From assembly GCA_038227875.1 (NCBI GenBank), contig JBBRPR010000095.1:1-21700 (forward strand): a DNA stretch of 21,700 bases, given 5' to 3'. The DNA is from Planctomycetota bacterium. GTDB taxonomy: Bacteria > Planctomycetota > SZUA-567 > H5-PLA8. Below, in pieces: positions 17,648 to 21,700 of the stretch (positions within the stretch are counted from its first letter, which is position 1; every line of letters begins with the position of its first letter). Made by a program: the position numbers and the translations under genes. Under the pieces are notes generated by a model. The model was not told the origin of the DNA. It made no database searches and saw only the letters and a list, made by a program, of their open reading frames with translations.

Positions 17648-18628
17648 TTACGACTTGCGCCGGAATTGAGGGAGGGCAGGGTAGCCCGGGCCACCGATCT
17701 GCCCAAGGATCTGAGCGTCTTTCGCCTTCTTAACGAATTGCTTCAGTGCTTGCACGTCTTGTTTCACGAAGAATCGGTAGAGGTTGGCGTGGCCCTCCGC
17801 TTCTCCATAAGCTGCCTTGAAGTACTTCGGCGCGAGATCCAGATTCAGACGCAAGCCGATCGCAGGCGAATGTTGTCCGCCCAGCGCATAGACGCGGGCT
17901 TCGCCGAGTTGCTCGAACATGATCAGCTTGCGGTAGTACATTTCATGATTCGCTGGCACCAGGACGCAAATGTCGGTGGCTTCCAGCACGTTTCGAGCGT
18001 AACGCCACGCGGCGCGAAAGAGGTGGAGGCGAGCCCAGCGAGCCACGTCCTTATGTGGCGTCTCGATGGCCAGACTTGAAAATCCGCACAGCTTGCGCCC
18101 GCTGTGCCGCAGCGCCTTGAGTTCTGCATGGTAAAGTTCATCGGCCGGCAAACCCAACACGCTGTCGGGCAGAACAGTCAAAGCGCCGACGAGCTTCCGC
18201 TCATGATGGATCAGCAGCGTGCGTGCCTCGCCGAGGCGATTGAAAGAGTCGATGCGGAGTTTGACGGGGCCGGTTTCCGGCAGCCCTTCCTGCCGGAAGC
18301 AACGGTAGACCAGACAGTACGCTTCTTCCAGGTCCGGCCAGCTGCGTGCCGCGGTGAGCTCCAGATTCAGCTCCGCGTTACCGGTCTTGCATGAGAACGC
18401 CTCTTTTTGAGTGCTGAGTCCCAGCAAGGAGTTAATGGCGGAATGCCGCTGAGCCGCCGTCTCTGGAGAGGCGTGCACGCATCCACCGCAGGCATGAAAG
18501 CCTTCTGCCTGCAGTTTCAGGCAATGTTCAACTGTGACCTGACGCGTGATGAAGGCCTTGCGGCCGTCCACGGGGTTGGGGCAATTCCGGAAGATGACTG
18601 TTTCAGGCGGTTTAAGATTCGGTTCCAT
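17648..18628 (-). CDS. FeeM-like N-acyl amino acid synthase (GNAT/LuxI-like acyltransferase) with a Cys-rich N-terminal extension
   Basis: DLEEAYCLVYRCF..EG, LVGALTVLPDSVLGLPADELYHAELKALR..GRKLCGFSSLAI, DICVLVPANHEMYYRKLIMFEQLG, PAIGLRLNL. RBS-like GGAAGG/GAGA region upstream is weak. Confidence 0.75.
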   Translation of the reverse strand: MEPNLKPPETVIFRNCPNPVDGRKAFITRQVTVEHCLKLQAEGFHACGGCVHASPETAAQRHSAINSLLGLSTQKEAFSCKTGNAELNLELTAARSWPDLEEAYCLVYRCFRQEGLPETGPVKLRIDSFNRLGEARTLLIHHERKLVGALTVLPDSVLGLPADELYHAELKALRHSGRKLCGFSSLAIETPHKDVARWARLHLFRAAWRYARNVLEATDICVLVPANHEMYYRKLIMFEQLGEARVYALGGQHSPAIGLRLNLDLAPKYFKAAYGEAEGHANLYRFFVKQDVQALKQFVKKAKDAQILGQIGGPGYPALPQFRRKS

Positions 18629-18915
18629 GATGGAAGGAAATCTCTGCGGGTCGTGCGGAGGAAGAAAGAGCTGCAGACACGAAGCAGTACTGGAACGGTT
18701 CCCAGAGTCCTGATCGTAGGCGAACTCCGTGCATCACGCAAGGCTCATGGTTTTCACACCGAGGAACAGAGTCGTAGCGTTTGGATTAAAAGTCGCCAGC
18801 CCTCCTTGATTCTTTTCGCATGAGTTGATAACATTCGCGCCTCAATCATGCCGCTGGTTGAGAAGCTCAGAAGTACCATCCGCGGAAGTAAAACAACTGA
18901 ATAGAAATACGAGAC

Positions 18916-18956
18916 GGAGAGGTGCCAGAGTGGTCGATTGGGCTTGTCTCGAAAAC
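18916..18956 (+). tRNA. 5' half of tRNA-Ser(CGA), truncated two bases after the anticodon loop (attL-like junction)
   Basis: GGAGAGG-TG-CCAG-AGTGGTCGA-TTGG-G-CTTGT-CTCGAAA-AC gives the acceptor 5' strand, the D arm with GG, and the anticodon CGA at 18950-18952. The 3' stem should read ACAAG but reads ACTAA. No variable arm, T arm or CCTCTCC acceptor 3' strand follows. Confidence 0.9.
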
Positions 18957-19016
18957 TAATGCCATGTCGTTGTAAACTCTTAAACTGCCGATGTTTCTTG
19001 CTTTAAATGACCTCAA

Positions 19017-19039
19017 GGGTATATCAGACGGGTATAGCA
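19017..19039 (+). promoter_or_regulatory. Putative integrase arm-type binding sites
   Basis: Direct repeat GGGTATATCA (19017-19026) / GGGTATAGCA (19030-19039), 9 of 10 identical, 13-bp period, between the att core and the integrase start. Confidence 0.55.
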
Positions 19040-19060
19040 AGTTCCCGTTTGTGAGGCAAC

Positions 19061-20641
19061 ATGGCTCGGAATTTTTCGGCCCATCCTCGCGTCCGACTTT
19101 GGCGCAAGAGCAACAGCGGACATCACTATCTCTACTGGCGAGACCCACGAGACAATCGCCGCCAGCGCAACGATTCCACGGGTACAGAAGACTCGCTTGA
19201 AGCACAACGAATGGCCTTGAGCCTTTCACGATATCTTCGCGATCCAGAGAACTCTCCTCCAGACTTACACCCCAAGATTTCCGAGATCCTCGGTATTAAC
19301 CTCTTGGATCAGCGCATCGTTTCCGCAAAGTTGGCAATTGTCGACGACATCGTCGCCACGTCAAAAAGCGAACACAAAGGCAAGGTGGATCTATACAGAG
19401 AACTCGTAAAGGAACTCGTCGCTGCATTTGGCGGTCCTGCTGGCGATGTTTTGACGAATACGATAGATGTCGTTCGTAGCAAGTTTGCTGCTGGTCGGCA
19501 GCCTACGGTGGATTCTCGCGAAGTCTATGAGCTGCTTGACCTGCTCAAGACGGTGTCGATCGATAGGGATCAATGGCGCGACCGTTCGCGGGCGCTGGAG
19601 GGTCTTGTACGAGAAAAGGGCCAGCGGTTCATCTTGCGGACAGAGCCGAAGTCCATCAAGCAAGCTGTCGAGGAATTCATGGCAGCACCGGATGGCATGT
19701 CTTCTAAGGGTCAATGGCGCTACTCGGTCGAATGCTGGTTGAATCGGTTTGCCCGAGAACTCAAGTCCGTAAAAAACGTTCATGACCTGACGCCTGAACA
19801 AATCGTGGCGCATATTCAAAAGCAGAAAGGCGTCGCATCGACAAAAACGAGCATGACGACCTACATCTGCCTGTTCATGAAATGGGTTTCAAAGGGAACG
19901 TTCGACTGCCCCACTGTCCGCAGCGCAATTCTCGATAATTTGGAAGAAGAGAGCCCAGAATGGTTCTGGCTAAAGAAACAAGAATCGCTCGATTTGATCG
20001 CGAGAGTCCGCAAACTTTCTGGAGACTATTGGGCTGATGCGGCGCTTCTACAGTATGGATGCGGCTGGCGACCAGAAGAGTTGCCCTTACTGAAGCGCTC
20101 TGCCGTCGCGATCGCTGAGAACGCTTGTTCCATACGGATTGCACCAATTTTTGACGACAAACGGAAGCTCGTTCGGCGTATTAAGACGCAGCGTTCTGAG
20201 GACACGATAATCATTCCTTCATTCGCTCGCGAAGCCGTCGAACGGCGCATGGCGGCAACGTCCTCGGAGTATCTGCTGTTTCCATTGTTCGATGAATCGC
20301 TGATCCAGCCAAAACTGCGCGAGAACCGTACTCGGTTTGAATCCAACAATCATTTTTGGCCAGCCGCGGATGATCGAGCATTTACAGACAACTATCGACC
20401 GATCCTAAGGAAAGCAGCAAATGAACTGGCTAAGGAATTGACGGGAGCAGAGAAGAAATCGGCTGCGGAACGATTTTCTGACAAAAATATCGACTCGCGA
20501 ACGCTTCGACGAACATGCGCTCGCGAGATGATCCTCGCCCATGGCTTCGAGAAAGCCGCCGCGGTTCTTCGTGACAGTATTGAAACACTGAGAAAGCACT
20601 ACGCTGACTTGCAGGCAGCGGATGTCTCAACAGAGCGATAA
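19061..20641 (+). CDS. Tyrosine recombinase / phage-type integrase (526 aa)
   Basis: RBS GAGG; arm-binding-like N-terminus (YLYWRDPRDNRRQRNDSTGTEDSLEAQRMA); core-binding region (SIKQAVEEFM...VHDLTPEQIVAHI); catalytic motifs GCGWRPEEL, IKTQRS, SRTLRRTCA, VLRDSIETLRKHY. Confidence 0.9.
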   Translation: MARNFSAHPRVRLWRKSNSGHHYLYWRDPRDNRRQRNDSTGTEDSLEAQRMALSLSRYLRDPENSPPDLHPKISEILGINLLDQRIVSAKLAIVDDIVATSKSEHKGKVDLYRELVKELVAAFGGPAGDVLTNTIDVVRSKFAAGRQPTVDSREVYELLDLLKTVSIDRDQWRDRSRALEGLVREKGQRFILRTEPKSIKQAVEEFMAAPDGMSSKGQWRYSVECWLNRFARELKSVKNVHDLTPEQIVAHIQKQKGVASTKTSMTTYICLFMKWVSKGTFDCPTVRSAILDNLEEESPEWFWLKKQESLDLIARVRKLSGDYWADAALLQYGCGWRPEELPLLKRSAVAIAENACSIRIAPIFDDKRKLVRRIKTQRSEDTIIIPSFAREAVERRMAATSSEYLLFPLFDESLIQPKLRENRTRFESNNHFWPAADDRAFTDNYRPILRKAANELAKELTGAEKKSAAERFSDKNIDSRTLRRTCAREMILAHGFEKAAAVLRDSIETLRKHYADLQAADVSTER

Positions 20642-20643
20642 CC

Positions 20644-20934
20644 ATGATAATGTCGGCAAGAACGGAACCACACCGGCCGTACTCGCATGTCCTGTCCGAG
20701 AATTTTCTTGCGGCGGTCAGACAGGCGGCTCTCATGATCCGCCAAGGCCGCGATGACTGGAAGCCCGTGATCAAGCTCGCGCTAGATCTGGAATTCCCGA
20801 CTGACAGCGGCATGAAGACTTATGCCGAGGCGAGCTTCTCGGAAATCGTTGGGATGCTGCTGAAGGGCCGGACAACAATCTGCATTCATCGAAGTCTCAG
20901 TCATGGATTCGAACTCTTCGCGGAGGATGAATGA
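20644..20934 (+). CDS. Hypothetical protein (96 aa) directly downstream of the integrase
   Basis: ATG 2 bp after the integrase stop; globular-looking sequence with no recognisable motif. Confidence 0.6.
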   Translation: MIMSARTEPHRPYSHVLSENFLAAVRQAALMIRQGRDDWKPVIKLALDLEFPTDSGMKTYAEASFSEIVGMLLKGRTTICIHRSLSHGFELFAEDE

Positions 20935-21050
20935 TGGCCGATTCTTCGGACATCCTGCTTGACGTATCGACTGGGATCTCCAACGAGCGTGCCGTCATCT
21001 CTGAGAACGCCAACTCAATCTTTAACCTGTCGTACTTCGGAACAAGTTAA
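20931..21050 (+). CDS. Possible 39-aa small protein (MMADSSDILLDVSTGISNERAVISENANSIFNLSYFGTS)
   Basis: ATGA overlap with the previous stop and RBS GGAGGA at 20922-20927. Below the ORF-track size cut-off. Confidence 0.4.
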   Translation: MMADSSDILLDVSTGISNERAVISENANSIFNLSYFGTS

Positions 21051-21122
21051 GTCCGTGCTCTCCTAAGCGAACGCAACTGGCCGGCGCTCATCTTGCTGGC
21101 CGCTGATTACGCGGGAGGACGC

Positions 21123-21467
21123 ATGTTCACGCTCATCGCTCTGGCAGTCGGATTGTCGCTGATGTTTGGAACTGGGGAATGCTTCCCCGCTCGACGACTG
21201 GGATTTTGCATTCTCGTTGTCCTTCTCGGGTACTTGGGCTATCGACTAATCGAATCCGTTGCCGGGACCGCCGTCGATGCCGTTCATGCCGTGCCGGCGG
21301 TCGCCGTCAAGGTTCTTGAACCTATTGAGAAGATCATCGATCCAGTGATCGTCTGGATCGGCGAGACCGTCGCATACGTCGTGAATTGCATCCTTTACTT
21401 CATCTGCATCGTCTGCTTCATGCTCTTCTACGGGTACTTCAATCTCTTTCGCAAGATCGGGTCGTGA
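21123..21467 (+). CDS. Small membrane protein (114 aa, ~3 TM)
   Basis: RBS GGAGGA before ATG 21123; three hydrophobic stretches. Confidence 0.65.
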   Translation: MFTLIALAVGLSLMFGTGECFPARRLGFCILVVLLGYLGYRLIESVAGTAVDAVHAVPAVAVKVLEPIEKIIDPVIVWIGETVAYVVNCILYFICIVCFMLFYGYFNLFRKIGS

Positions 21468-21559
21468 CGCGCCGCGTCGAGTTCAATCTTCGGCAATATT
21501 TAAGGCCGTGCTCTATATCGAAAAAGGATGGTCTCGTTTGAACGCAAACGAACGCGAAT

Positions 21560-21700
21560 TGTCAGCGGCCACTCAAAATAGGCCACCGCTGGCCACTTCA
21601 AAATAGGCCATGTTAAGGGGATGTTCGAACAGGGTAGCCTGCGCCGTTTTTGGGCGGAGGAGATCTTGTGTCGAACGAACTGAGCATGGCGGAGCGAGCG
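21560..21700 (+). mobile_element. Left end of an IS21-family insertion sequence
   Basis: Starts TGTCAGCGGCCA; tandem internal repeats GGCCACT-CAAAATAGGCCA (21567-21585) and GGCCACTTCAAAATAGGCCA (21591-21610), the multiple-repeat end architecture of IS21 elements. Confidence 0.8.
21668..21700 (+). CDS. istA: Start of putative IS21 transposase IstA (partial: MSNELSMAERA...)
   Basis: RBS GGAGGA then GTG at 21668, ~108 bp inside the IS end. Only 11 codons are visible. Confidence 0.55.
   Translation, partial: MSNELSMAERA

Larger units (their letters stand above)
18948..21700 (+). mobile_element. Left part of an integrative element (genomic island or prophage-like) inserted in tRNA-Ser(CGA)
   Basis: tRNA breakpoint, adjacent tyrosine recombinase, drop in GC3 compared with host genes, small orphan ORFs and a nested IS. 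The right end lies outside the window. Confidence 0.85.

Noticed and set aside
18957..19060. Group I intron in the tRNA anticodon loop
   Set aside because: The loop is complete and the break falls in the 3' stem. No recognisable group I core is present, and the downstream ORF is an integrase rather than a homing endonuclease.
20900..20920. GGATTCGAAC as the missing tRNA T arm (minus strand)
   Set aside because: Flanks do not form a 5-bp T stem, there is no acceptor strand, the orientation is wrong, and it lies within an ORF.

Overview
GC-rich bacterial chromosomal segment, probably Planctomycetota or another PVC-group organism (inferred from the FGE-sulfatase/Ser-Thr kinase operon, an ECF sigma factor with a long C-terminal extension, and short AATCCGC- and CGCAAAG-type intergenic repeats). 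Left to right: an ankyrin-repeat ORF; about 1.15 kb of non-coding DNA with 10-bp phased repeat arrays and an AT-rich tract; an operon for an FGE-domain/redoxin fusion, a Ser/Thr kinase and a membrane protein; a large secreted glycoside-hydrolase-like protein; a YbjQ-repeat protein; a small lower-GC islet; a TlpA-like redoxin; a membrane-anchored ECF sigma/beta-propeller fusion followed by a secreted paralogous propeller; an alpha/beta hydrolase; and a FeeM-like N-acyl amino acid synthase. At about 18.9 kb a tRNA-Ser(CGA) gene breaks off just after its anticodon loop and is followed by an integrative element. The element carries arm-type direct repeats, a 526-aa tyrosine recombinase with non-canonical catalytic residues, small cargo ORFs and the left end of an IS21-family element. 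The strongest leads are the tRNA that is not restored at this junction, the atypical integrase, and the phased decamer array at 1051-1167. All product calls come from reading motifs by eye; no searches were run.
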